Shown: piece after piece, positions 1 through 7,968 of the stretch
Numbering within the stretch: the stretch's first letter is position 1
How the letters are laid out: every line of letters starts with the position of its first letter
NCBI GenBank assembly: GCA_963675515.1
Contig: OY776328.1
Span: forward strand, 1,110,001 to 1,142,000
Direction: 5' to 3'
Length of the DNA: 32,000 nt
Source: Coprobacillaceae bacterium
Lineage (GTDB): Bacteria > Bacillota_I > Bacilli_A > Erysipelotrichales > Coprobacillaceae
Notes under the pieces: generated by a model
Databases searched by the model: none
The model's input: the letters and a program-made list of their open reading frames with translations, nothing else
Told to the model about the DNA's origin: nothing
Position numbers and translations under genes: made by a program

Positions 1-424
1 AAGATCCCACTCCCATCATCCGCCCCAACATATGCTCAGGCGTTTCAACAAGGATGATGTTGTACATCAAGGGCAGGGCAATCCCGACAGCCATACCTTG
101 GATAACCCGTCCAAGCAACAATATGGTGAAATTACCTGTCGTCACGTCGACAAGGATTCCGGTGATGAAAAGCATCCCTGCAAAAATGAATAGACTCCGT
201 TTGGGAAATCTCTTGTTTAGATATGAAGACAGAGGGATCATCATCCCAAGTGCAAGCAGGTTGCCGGTGGTCATCCATTGCACAGTCGAAGTGGCAACAT
301 CGAATTCGCGAATCAGTGTGGGAAATGTGATGTTCGTGGCAGTCTCGATCAAAATGCCGCAAAAAGCGAACAGCCCCGCTGCCACTATAGCCAGGAATTT
401 TCTTGCTGTAAGTTTATTGTTCAT
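1..424 (-). CDS. MFS transporter (DHA2/EmrB-QacA-like multidrug efflux type), N-terminal part; the gene runs off the left edge
   Basis: Not in the ORF track because there is no stop in the window. Reverse-complement translation from the ATG (complement of cat at 422-424) gives MNNKLTARKFLAIVAAGLFAFCGILIETATNITFPTLIREFDVATSTVQWMTTGNLLALGMMIPLSSYLNKRFPKRSLFIFAGMLFITGILVDVTTGNFTILLLGRVIQGMAVGIALPLMYN... This has the hydrophobic TM1-TM4 pattern and GR-x-IQG loop typical of MFS/DHA2. A GGAGG sits 8 nt upstream (complement of cctcc at 431-435). Confidence 0.8.
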   Translation of the reverse strand, partial: MNNKLTARKFLAIVAAGLFAFCGILIETATNITFPTLIREFDVATSTVQWMTTGNLLALGMMIPLSSYLNKRFPKRSLFIFAGMLFITGILVDVTTGNFTILLLGRVIQGMAVGIALPLMYNIILVETPEHMLGRMMGVGS

Positions 425-440
425 AATATACCTCCATGTT

Positions 441-470
441 TAGGAACCTAACCAATTACTTAGGCTCCTA
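441..470. promoter_or_regulatory. Imperfect inverted repeat TAGGAACCTAA-N8-TTAGGCTCCTA just upstream of the MFS gene RBS; candidate operator or 5'-UTR hairpin
   Basis: 10 of 11 positions are complementary between the arms (441-451 and 460-470). It lies between a TATAAT-like box (complement of 472-480) and the RBS of the minus-strand MFS gene. Confidence 0.4.
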
Positions 471-747
471 AATATAATAGCGGGATATTTTCCTAAAGTC
501 AAGAACAAGCTAATTCTAAATTAGTCGCACCGTGATGAAATTGGTAAGTAAATATTCATGATGGCTAATGGTCATTAGTTATATTCACAATATAATCAAT
601 CCATGGTTTTGTTTGTGGGAATAGAGACATTTTCATTGTGCCTGTTGTCATATTTGAAAATTTTGGGGAATATTTTAGAAAGATAGATCCCTCAATTTCT
701 ATATTCATTCAATGATGAAGCTGAAAATTGGTGAATTGGGTCCTGTT

Positions 748-807
748 ATGATGGTTTCAATTTTGCTTCATTCATATGATGGTGTCAATTTGATTTGATT
801 CATTCAT
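748..807 (+). repeat. Tandem imperfect direct repeat (about 28 and 32 bp units) upstream of the first diguanylate cyclase gene
   Basis: Unit 1 is 748-775, ATGATGGTTTCAATTTTGCTTCATTCAT. Unit 2 is 776-807, ATGATGGTGTCAATTTGATTTGATTCATTCAT. A related copy, TTCATTCAATGATG, starts at 704. Confidence 0.55.
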
Positions 808-881
808 TTGCATTTTCCCTCTTATTTGATATAATTAATTTTAAATGCTCCACATATGAGCAATTGGAATCGAGGGGACAT

Positions 882-1763
882 ATGAATGATATTTTCGACA
901 GTATAAGGGAACAACTGGGGCTTTTCAATGCGATGTACGACTTTGTGAGGATAGTCGATCCGATAAGGAAAATCGCCTACCTTGAAGACGGGGCCAACCT
1001 GGATTTCGCAAAGAGCGTATGTCACCGGTTCTGGAAAAGTGGGACCCCTTGCGACAACTGTATCTCAATCAGGGCTATCGAGACAAACAAGGCGACAACT
1101 AAAATTGAGATAAAAGGCGAAGTGGTCTATCTGATCCAGGCGATTCCCATGCAAGTCAAGGGCAAACATTATGTGGTTGAGATCCTCAAGGACATAACCG
1201 AAGATAGGATATTCTATCTCGATGGACAACAGCAAGGAAACCTCCAGGACTATATTTTCAAGATCAACTCGCAATTGGTGATCGATCCGCTCACTAAAGC
1301 ATACAACCGCCGTTATATCGAGGAAAGATTCATCAGCGATCTGAGCCAGATTGAGACAAGGGGAAAGGGCATGGTAATGGCTATCGGTGATATCGATCAT
1401 TTCAAACAGGTTAACGACACATTTGGCCATCTGGCCGGCGACTATGTGCTATCTAAGGTGGCGATGCTGATCAAGGATTCGATCCGCGATTCTTTCGATT
1501 GGGTGGCACGCTATGGCGGGGAGGAATTCCTGGTTGTCCTCAACGGCATCACTGATGAAAAGGCGTTTGAAGTCATCGAAGGCATCCGGGAAAAGATCGA
1601 GTCATTCGACTTCGTTCATGACAACAAAACCATCAAGATAACCTGCAGCTTCGGGCTGGTGACAATAGATGACTCGCACAAGGATTTCGACGAATTGTTT
1701 GCAATAGCCGATGGCAAACTTTACCAGGCCAAAAATCAAGGGCGAAACCAAAGCGTGATTTAG
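882..1763 (+). CDS. Diguanylate cyclase (GGDEF domain, GGEEF active site) with an N-terminal Cys-motif sensor domain
   Basis: The ORF-track frame is 795-1763. The likely true start is the ATG at 882, preceded by GAGGGGA. RYGGEEF, DHFKQVNDTFGH and YQAKNQGRN are GGDEF-domain hallmarks. The N-terminal 150 aa carry C-x9-C-x2-C (nt 1020-1061). Confidence 0.88.
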   Translation: MNDIFDSIREQLGLFNAMYDFVRIVDPIRKIAYLEDGANLDFAKSVCHRFWKSGTPCDNCISIRAIETNKATTKIEIKGEVVYLIQAIPMQVKGKHYVVEILKDITEDRIFYLDGQQQGNLQDYIFKINSQLVIDPLTKAYNRRYIEERFISDLSQIETRGKGMVMAIGDIDHFKQVNDTFGHLAGDYVLSKVAMLIKDSIRDSFDWVARYGGEEFLVVLNGITDEKAFEVIEGIREKIESFDFVHDNKTIKITCSFGLVTIDDSHKDFDELFAIADGKLYQAKNQGRNQSVI

Positions 1764-1771
1764 GGGAACAT

Positions 1772-3817
1772 ATGGAAAACAGAAAAAAAGAGAGCATGAT
1801 CCTGGCCAAATACAAGCTGGGATTCACAACCAATCCCCTGCGGATCATACATCTATACCTGGTAATCGGTTTTGGCTGGATATTGCTGTCGGATACCGTG
1901 TTGAATGCCCTTATCAATGACAGCAGGCTCAATGCCACATTGCAATCGTACAAAGGGGCCCTTTATGTCTTGTGGACCGGGGCATTGTTGTTTGTGATAA
2001 TCAGGAAGGATTACAACCGGATACTGGATCTGACCGCAAAGGTGGCCTTGAAAAATGAGGAACTAACCGAATACTCAAATGACCTGGAAACCGCCAAGAA
2101 GATGCTTAAAAGCCAGGTGAAGGCCTTGAACCGGTCATTGGATACCATCAATAGCCATAAGGAGTTTTCCCAGGCCATATACGACAATGCCAACACGGCC
2201 ATAGTGATGTTGAATATCTCCGGCGAGATAATGGATTACAACGAATATTTCACCGAACTCTTCGGGTATCAATCAGGGGAGATAACCGGGGAAAAATGGC
2301 ACAATTTTCTTGCCAATCTCGATGATGACCTGATCGAAACAATGAGGAATGCGCTCAACCGCGACAAGTTCATCAACAACTACGAAAGCCAGGCCATAAC
2401 CAAGGATGGCCAGCTGCTCGAAATCGTCTGGAACAACAACCTGATCAAGGATCCCGTTTCTAATGAGCCGGTGATATTCTGTATCGGCATCGACCGGACA
2501 ATCGAGAAGCAAAACGAGCGCCAGATTTATGAGCTTGCCTACAAGGACCGCATTACCGGGCTTGACAATCAGCTGGTATTCGAAAACCAGCTGGAAAAGC
2601 TTATCAAAGACAACTGTGATTTCACCCTGTATTACCTGGATTTCGACAACTTCCGCAATCTCAACGACATCCATGGCCATCACTATGGCGATTGTTTCTT
2701 GCGGGACTACGCCAACATGATCAAGGATGAATTCCCTACGATCAAGCCGTTTCGATTCGGTGGTGACGAGTTCATGCTTCTCGACGGCAAATGCGACGAC
2801 GATAATGTCAATAAGAACCTAGAGCGGCTTTTTGAAAAGACTAACCAGGCCTTCGCATATGGGGATTTTTCTTACTACCCGTCGATCAGCGTGGGTGTGG
2901 TTAAATATCCTGAAGACGGAAACAACCGCGGGACTATTTTCAAGAATATCGACCTGGCCTTGTATAAAGCCAAGACCAAAGGAAAGAACCAGGCGGTCAA
3001 ATACCATCTCGAAATTCATCAGGAGATTGAAACCAGCATCCTGATTGAAAACGGCATCCGCTCGATGCTTCTAAACGATGACTTTGTTTCTTACTACCAA
3101 CCGATTCATGATTTCAAAACAAAAGCGATCGTCGGGGTGGAATCACTGCTTCGCTGGGACCGGGCGATTCTCGAATGCAACCCCGACCAGCTTATCGAGG
3201 TGGCCGAACAGACCGGGCAGATTGTCGCCATCGACCGCTGGGTGGTATCCAACAGTTTCCAATTCAAGAACCGATACCTTAAAGATGAAAATATGACCAT
3301 GTCGATAAATCTGTCAACCCGGACAATCGAGTCACCGGGAATGATGGAATATCTGATGGAACAGCTGCAGCTCCACCGGATCGACCCAACGATGATAATA
3401 TTTGAAATCACCGAGCATTCCCTGTTTGACAATATGGAAAACAGCCAACACCTTGTCAAGAAACTCAAGACAATGGGCTTCAAGATCGCTCTTGATGATT
3501 TTGGGACCCGCTATTCATCGCTCAACTATTTGAAGAGTCTGGATATCGACCGGTTGAAAATCGACAAGCTCTATATCGACAAGATCATCGAATCCGACAA
3601 TGACAGCATCATTGTAGAGCAGATGATCCTGCTTGCTTCCAGGCTGGGAATCGAAACAGTGGCCGAGGGGATCGAATGTGAACGTCAGTTCGAACTTCTC
3701 AGATCGATGGGCTGCACTTATGCCCAGGGATACCTGATGGCAAGACCCCTTTGTGGTAACGACCTGATAAATCTAATTGAAGACAATGAAAAAAGTCCTA
3801 ATCAGTATTCTGACTAA
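1772..3817 (+). CDS. Membrane-anchored PAS-GGDEF-EAL c-di-GMP turnover protein
   Basis: 681 aa. There are two N-terminal hydrophobic helices, a coiled-coil region and a PAS-like segment. The GGDEF domain has RFGGDEF and YKAKTKGKNQ. The EAL domain has VESLLRW, FEITEH, LDDFGTRYSSL, KIDK, VAEGIE and QGY. It starts 9 nt after the previous stop, so co-transcription is likely. Confidence 0.9.
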   Translation: MENRKKESMILAKYKLGFTTNPLRIIHLYLVIGFGWILLSDTVLNALINDSRLNATLQSYKGALYVLWTGALLFVIIRKDYNRILDLTAKVALKNEELTEYSNDLETAKKMLKSQVKALNRSLDTINSHKEFSQAIYDNANTAIVMLNISGEIMDYNEYFTELFGYQSGEITGEKWHNFLANLDDDLIETMRNALNRDKFINNYESQAITKDGQLLEIVWNNNLIKDPVSNEPVIFCIGIDRTIEKQNERQIYELAYKDRITGLDNQLVFENQLEKLIKDNCDFTLYYLDFDNFRNLNDIHGHHYGDCFLRDYANMIKDEFPTIKPFRFGGDEFMLLDGKCDDDNVNKNLERLFEKTNQAFAYGDFSYYPSISVGVVKYPEDGNNRGTIFKNIDLALYKAKTKGKNQAVKYHLEIHQEIETSILIENGIRSMLLNDDFVSYYQPIHDFKTKAIVGVESLLRWDRAILECNPDQLIEVAEQTGQIVAIDRWVVSNSFQFKNRYLKDENMTMSINLSTRTIESPGMMEYLMEQLQLHRIDPTMIIFEITEHSLFDNMENSQHLVKKLKTMGFKIALDDFGTRYSSLNYLKSLDIDRLKIDKLYIDKIIESDNDSIIVEQMILLASRLGIETVAEGIECERQFELLRSMGCTYAQGYLMARPLCGNDLINLIEDNEKSPNQYSD

Positions 3818-3826
3818 GACTTTTTT
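3789..3826. terminator. Bidirectional intrinsic terminator overlapping the 3' ends of two convergent CDSs
   Basis: AAAAAAGTCCTAATCAG (3789-3805), loop tatt, then CTGACTAAGACTTTTTT (3810-3826). This is a 17-bp stem with 2 mismatches, flanked by A6 and T6. Only 7 nt separate the two stop codons. Confidence 0.6.
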
Positions 3827-6353
3827 ATTTTTCCTGTTCAATTACCGGGACGATTTTTTGTTTGCGGACCAGATCGGCAAAAATTATTGCCAATTCAGGA
3901 TCGAACTGGGTTCCGGCGTTTTTCAGGATTTCCTGCAAGGCGAACTCAAGAGGCCGGTTTTCCTTGTATGAACGTTTTGAGAGCATCGCGTCGAAACTGT
4001 CGGCGATGCAAAGGATCCTTGCGAACAGCGGAATGTCGTTGCCGCGAACCTTGCGGGGATAACCGTTGCCGTCCCAACGCTCATGATGGCCGATGACGGC
4101 CGGAATAACGTAGGTCAGTGATGGGATGTGCTTGATGATGGCTACCGAATTTTCCACATGGGTCTGCATTATCGAGCGCTCCTCATCGGTGAGGCGTCCG
4201 GTCTTGTTGAGGATTTTCTCATCGACACCGATCTTGCCGATGTCGTGAAGCAATGCCGCTTCCTTGATGATTTCAATCGAATCCTTGTCCATGTTCAAGC
4301 CATAAGCCAGCTCGGTCGCATAGTAGCAGACGTTGTTGGAATGACTGTAGGTGTAGTGGTCTTTGGTGTCGATCGCCGCCGTCAGAGCATGGATCATTGC
4401 CGCATATTCCGAATATATTTCAGCCTTGTGTTCCACTTCATCGTCGGGATTCTCGTTGCGTTTGACAACTTGGCCGGTGGAAATCCGGATGCTGTCCTTG
4501 CCGGAGCGCTTGACATGATAAATCGCCAACTCGGCATCGTTGATCAGCACGGTCGGGTTGTTGGCCAGAAACGGAATGGTCGAAATGCCGACGCTGACGG
4601 TGATCCGCTTCATTTTGTAGTTTTCCCGTTTGGAATTGATCTGGTTGATCTGTTTGGAGATTTTCTGGGCGATCAGCCTTGTCTGGTTGACATCGTAGTT
4701 CGGGAATACGCAGGCGAATACCTTGGAATCGTAGCGGGCGCAGATGCCGATGCCTTCCATAGTGGCCTTGATGATCCTTGCCACCTCGATCAGGACGGTA
4801 TCTCCTTCATTGTAGCCATAAAGCTGGTTGTAGAGCTTGAAGTCGTCGATATTGAATATAGCGATCGAAAGCAAGCCGTCATGACGTTTTTTCTCGAGGT
4901 CCTTGAGCGCGGCCAGGAAATACTTGCGATTAAGCAGTTTTGTCAGATCATCCTTGCGGGCCTCGTTGTATACCACCTCGTAAAGCTGGGCTTTTGACAG
5001 GGCGGTCGAAGAGATCAGCGAAATATTTTCCAAAAAGTCAATGTCATCATCGGTGAACTTCGATGACTTGTTTTTGTGGGTAAGCATCAGGATGCCGACC
5101 AACTTTTCATCGTCGATCAAAGGGACGAAACATTCGATATTCAGGTAATCGAGTTCCTTCTTTTCATCGGTCCACATCGACTTGTAGGCATTAAGCTTTT
5201 TGAGGTCATCAAGCAGGATGCAATCACGGGTGTTATTGAGCAGCATGACCAGAGGATTGTTGAGCTCCAACCTGAAGTCGATTAGATTCAGCGGGTTGCT
5301 GGTATTGATGACATGGAAATGCTCATTCTTGTTATCGGGAAGCAATACATATGTTTCTTTTACGTCCAAGGTATCCTTGATGACGTTTACAATCAGTCGG
5401 GAAATCTCTTTGACTTTCAAGCTCGAGAAAGCGTTGTTTTTGAATTCTTTCAGGATATTTGTCCGGATTGTGTCATCCGATATATAGATTCGGTTGATGA
5501 ACAGCTCCAGCGCCCTGTAGAAAATAAAGGCAAAGACCGTAAAGCAAACGCTAATGATCATTACTTGATTTTCGATTGGAAAATTGAAGTTTTGCAGCAA
5601 TAGATCTTCTATTAAGTGAATCGATTGCATAAGTATCAATAATGATATGATGACCGAGATCAGGTAGACGATCCAGCGGGAAATCAACAAGTCAAGCTTG
5701 AATAATTTTTTCTTATATAATGAATAAAATAGAGCGAAGGCAAAGAAAACACTGGCAATGATATCAATCGGGATTCCCTGCAAAAAAGGCAATACAGTCA
5801 ATAAGTGTCCCAGAAGCAAAACGACTATCCCGATTTTCAAGGGATCAAAAGCGCTGTGGGAAAATTGGTTTGCTTCAGTCTTGACAAACAGGACCTTGAA
5901 GATGAAAAAGATAATAACTGAAGCAAGTACAAACAAGAAGGCTACCGGCCAAGAGGCGTGGTATATGAATAAACTATTACCTTCAGGAGAAATGACGATT
6001 TCAGGCTGGGCCAGGAAAAAACCGGTAATGGTGTTGATGAGCATGAATACAACACATGACACCAGCAGGACCAAATCAACCATATTCCGTTTGATTTCGG
6101 AAAAGTTTTTGACAAAAATCAAAAATTCGTAAGTGGCAAAGATGATTCCAAACAGCGAAATATCATACCAGATCTTGGTTATGTTCAAAAACTGGGTCCT
6201 CATCAGGAAGGATCCGCCACTCCACAGCGTAAGATATACAAGCACCATTATGAACGAGTTGATAACCGGGGATTTTTTGGCAGCAAGAAAAGCTAACAAT
6301 AAGAAGCTAAAGCAAGCTACGGCTATAGCAGGAACAATTGTGTAATCAATCAT
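3825..6353 (-). CDS. Polytopic membrane sensor with GAF-like, degenerate GGDEF and HD-GYP domains (predicted c-di-GMP phosphodiesterase)
   Basis: 842 aa. About 290 aa of multi-span hydrophobic N-terminus come first. The GGDEF-like domain has RYDSKVF in place of the R-x-GGDEF signature (aa 540-546, nt 4716-4736). The HD-GYP domain is intact (LLHDIGKIG, GHHERWDGNGYP). The ATG at 6353 overlaps the upstream gene's stop by 8 nt. Confidence 0.88.
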   Translation of the reverse strand: MIDYTIVPAIAVACFSFLLLAFLAAKKSPVINSFIMVLVYLTLWSGGSFLMRTQFLNITKIWYDISLFGIIFATYEFLIFVKNFSEIKRNMVDLVLLVSCVVFMLINTITGFFLAQPEIVISPEGNSLFIYHASWPVAFLFVLASVIIFFIFKVLFVKTEANQFSHSAFDPLKIGIVVLLLGHLLTVLPFLQGIPIDIIASVFFAFALFYSLYKKKLFKLDLLISRWIVYLISVIISLLILMQSIHLIEDLLLQNFNFPIENQVMIISVCFTVFAFIFYRALELFINRIYISDDTIRTNILKEFKNNAFSSLKVKEISRLIVNVIKDTLDVKETYVLLPDNKNEHFHVINTSNPLNLIDFRLELNNPLVMLLNNTRDCILLDDLKKLNAYKSMWTDEKKELDYLNIECFVPLIDDEKLVGILMLTHKNKSSKFTDDDIDFLENISLISSTALSKAQLYEVVYNEARKDDLTKLLNRKYFLAALKDLEKKRHDGLLSIAIFNIDDFKLYNQLYGYNEGDTVLIEVARIIKATMEGIGICARYDSKVFACVFPNYDVNQTRLIAQKISKQINQINSKRENYKMKRITVSVGISTIPFLANNPTVLINDAELAIYHVKRSGKDSIRISTGQVVKRNENPDDEVEHKAEIYSEYAAMIHALTAAIDTKDHYTYSHSNNVCYYATELAYGLNMDKDSIEIIKEAALLHDIGKIGVDEKILNKTGRLTDEERSIMQTHVENSVAIIKHIPSLTYVIPAVIGHHERWDGNGYPRKVRGNDIPLFARILCIADSFDAMLSKRSYKENRPLEFALQEILKNAGTQFDPELAIIFADLVRKQKIVPVIEQEK

Positions 6354-7968
6354 ATTTTACCCCCATGTACTCCCCGACTCGCTGCTGGATGTCGACCAAA
6401 TCACGGATCTCATATTTCGATGGATTGAATGATTTGACTGGCTTTTGATAGACTTGTTGGTACTTATCGAATGTGCCACAGCGCAAGATAGTAATTTCCA
6501 ATGGGTCCATGCCCAGGATTGTTTTCAAAGATTCATAATCCGAATCGATATAGCGGAAATAGATTCCCAGCTGACCTTGGAGAATATCTTTAAGGTATGC
6601 CGAATCGATCAATGTGCTCTGGTCAAGTTCGACATACATATGCAATAACGGTTTGTTGTTCTGGTTGTATTCCTTGACGATCGCATAATTTTTGATGTCA
6701 AGATTTGCCAGGGCAATGACATTGTCGATTAGTTCTTTGGTGATCCGGGTGAATCCGGCTATATCGATGACATCGGGGGACCGATCCACGAACTTGAATC
6801 GTGGCAGACCCTTGTCATTCTTTCCTACGCACTTATAGACATCTTTGATCCGGTAACGCATGAACGCTCCGCCTTTCAATACGGAAATCACAAGTTCATA
6901 AACGCCATCGACCTCGAGCTCGTTGAACAGATAGGTCTTTGGGTTGTAGTTTTCATCATCGATACACCGATACATGTCCGATTCTTTTATGAATTCATAG
7001 AAGCAGGCATCGGGAAAGAAATACATTCCATTGCGGTTGTAGTCCTCGGTTCCTACGCAAGTCGGCTCGGTCCCGGCAAAAACTTCCAGTGGAGTAATGC
7101 CCCACATCGACTCTAGTTCATCTTTGTAGCAGTCGCTGTCGGCCCCGGTAATCATGAATCCTTTGAGCTTGAAGAAGTCTTTTGGCATGAGCTCGCGATT
7201 TTCTTGTTTACAAACTCGTTTCGCATTTATGTATCGCAAAACCATTTTCAATGGAACTTTGGATTTTTTTTCTTTATCAATCGGACCAGATCCCCCGGTC
7301 CTCATCGCCGGAAAACTTTTGGAAATGTAGTAGGTCACCGATGCCAATCCGAAGAAATAATCGATGCCCCGCTGCAAACCGAGTTTGAAACCTTCCTTGT
7401 TGCGATCTTTGAAACTCATGTCTTCAGCAGTTTCGACATCAGGCAGGAAATCGACATCCACGTTCATCGACAGTGCCCGAGGCAACAGTCCGGTCGCATA
7501 AGGCAGTGGTGCCAGCGCGTAAAGGAAAGTGTTGTCAGGTTCGATATCGTAATGATACTTGCCTTTTGAAGTTGCCTGGATCATGCAGGCGAAGACATTG
7601 TCCTTGAATGAATCGATCATGTCGCTTGTGTAAGGTGCGAGCTTGACTGGATGTTTGCCGCCTTCCCAGGTGGTCTTGATCCAGATTACCGCTTTGCTTG
7701 GCAGCAGGTCATCCCTTTTCAAAAGGAGGATGTCGGCATAATCCTGGTAATTGGTCAGCGGGAATGTCCGCCGGAATTCCTCGACGCTTGATATTTCCTC
7801 TTTAAGCAAAGATTTCCCCAATGGCGATTTTTGCCACAATCTTAGCTGTTCTTTCATCAAGCGGTTCTGGATGGCCATGAATTCATCTATTGTCAAATCC
7901 AAAAAGCCGCAGTACTGGTCCCATATTTCCTTTTTGCTTTTTGATTTGTAATCATCCTTAAAACTCAT
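6346..7968 (-). CDS. GH3-like protein (GH3 auxin-responsive-promoter / acyl-acid amido synthetase fold), divergent
   Basis: 540 aa. The layout matches recalled bacterial GH3 family landmarks: SVEEFRRTFPLTNYQDY, a P-loop position reading IKTTWEGGKHPVKLAPYT, GMYFFPDACFYEFI, YELVISV..GAFMRYRIKD and PRFKFVDRSPDVIDIAG. The RBS is GGAGAAA. Its start overlaps the upstream gene by 11 nt. Confidence 0.6.
   Translation of the reverse strand: MSFKDDYKSKSKKEIWDQYCGFLDLTIDEFMAIQNRLMKEQLRLWQKSPLGKSLLKEEISSVEEFRRTFPLTNYQDYADILLLKRDDLLPSKAVIWIKTTWEGGKHPVKLAPYTSDMIDSFKDNVFACMIQATSKGKYHYDIEPDNTFLYALAPLPYATGLLPRALSMNVDVDFLPDVETAEDMSFKDRNKEGFKLGLQRGIDYFFGLASVTYYISKSFPAMRTGGSGPIDKEKKSKVPLKMVLRYINAKRVCKQENRELMPKDFFKLKGFMITGADSDCYKDELESMWGITPLEVFAGTEPTCVGTEDYNRNGMYFFPDACFYEFIKESDMYRCIDDENYNPKTYLFNELEVDGVYELVISVLKGGAFMRYRIKDVYKCVGKNDKGLPRFKFVDRSPDVIDIAGFTRITKELIDNVIALANLDIKNYAIVKEYNQNNKPLLHMYVELDQSTLIDSAYLKDILQGQLGIYFRYIDSDYESLKTILGMDPLEITILRCGTFDKYQQVYQKPVKSFNPSKYEIRDLVDIQQRVGEYMGVKYD

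Noticed and set aside
54-443. 129-aa plus-strand ORF (and the 76-aa minus-strand ORF at 132-362) at the left edge
   Set aside because: It is antisense to, or out of frame with, a much better minus-strand reading frame. That frame starts at 424 with a GGAGG RBS and encodes a textbook MFS N-terminus, so these ORFs are shadows of it.
795-881. N-terminal extensions from non-ATG starts given in the ORF track (795, 8542, 10368, 12118, 13374, 14706, 18830, 22271, 22872, 25480, 31201)
   Set aside because: In each case an in-frame ATG with a proper Shine-Dalgarno sequence lies downstream. The extension is low-complexity or hydrophobic junk that runs through promoter-like sequence.
4128-4997. 289-aa plus-strand ORF inside the HD-GYP gene
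   Set aside because: It is an antisense shadow ORF. It has no RBS, its composition is biased by the opposite strand (rich in Val/Asp/Gly/Leu), and the minus-strand frame carries unmistakable GGDEF-like and HD-GYP motifs.
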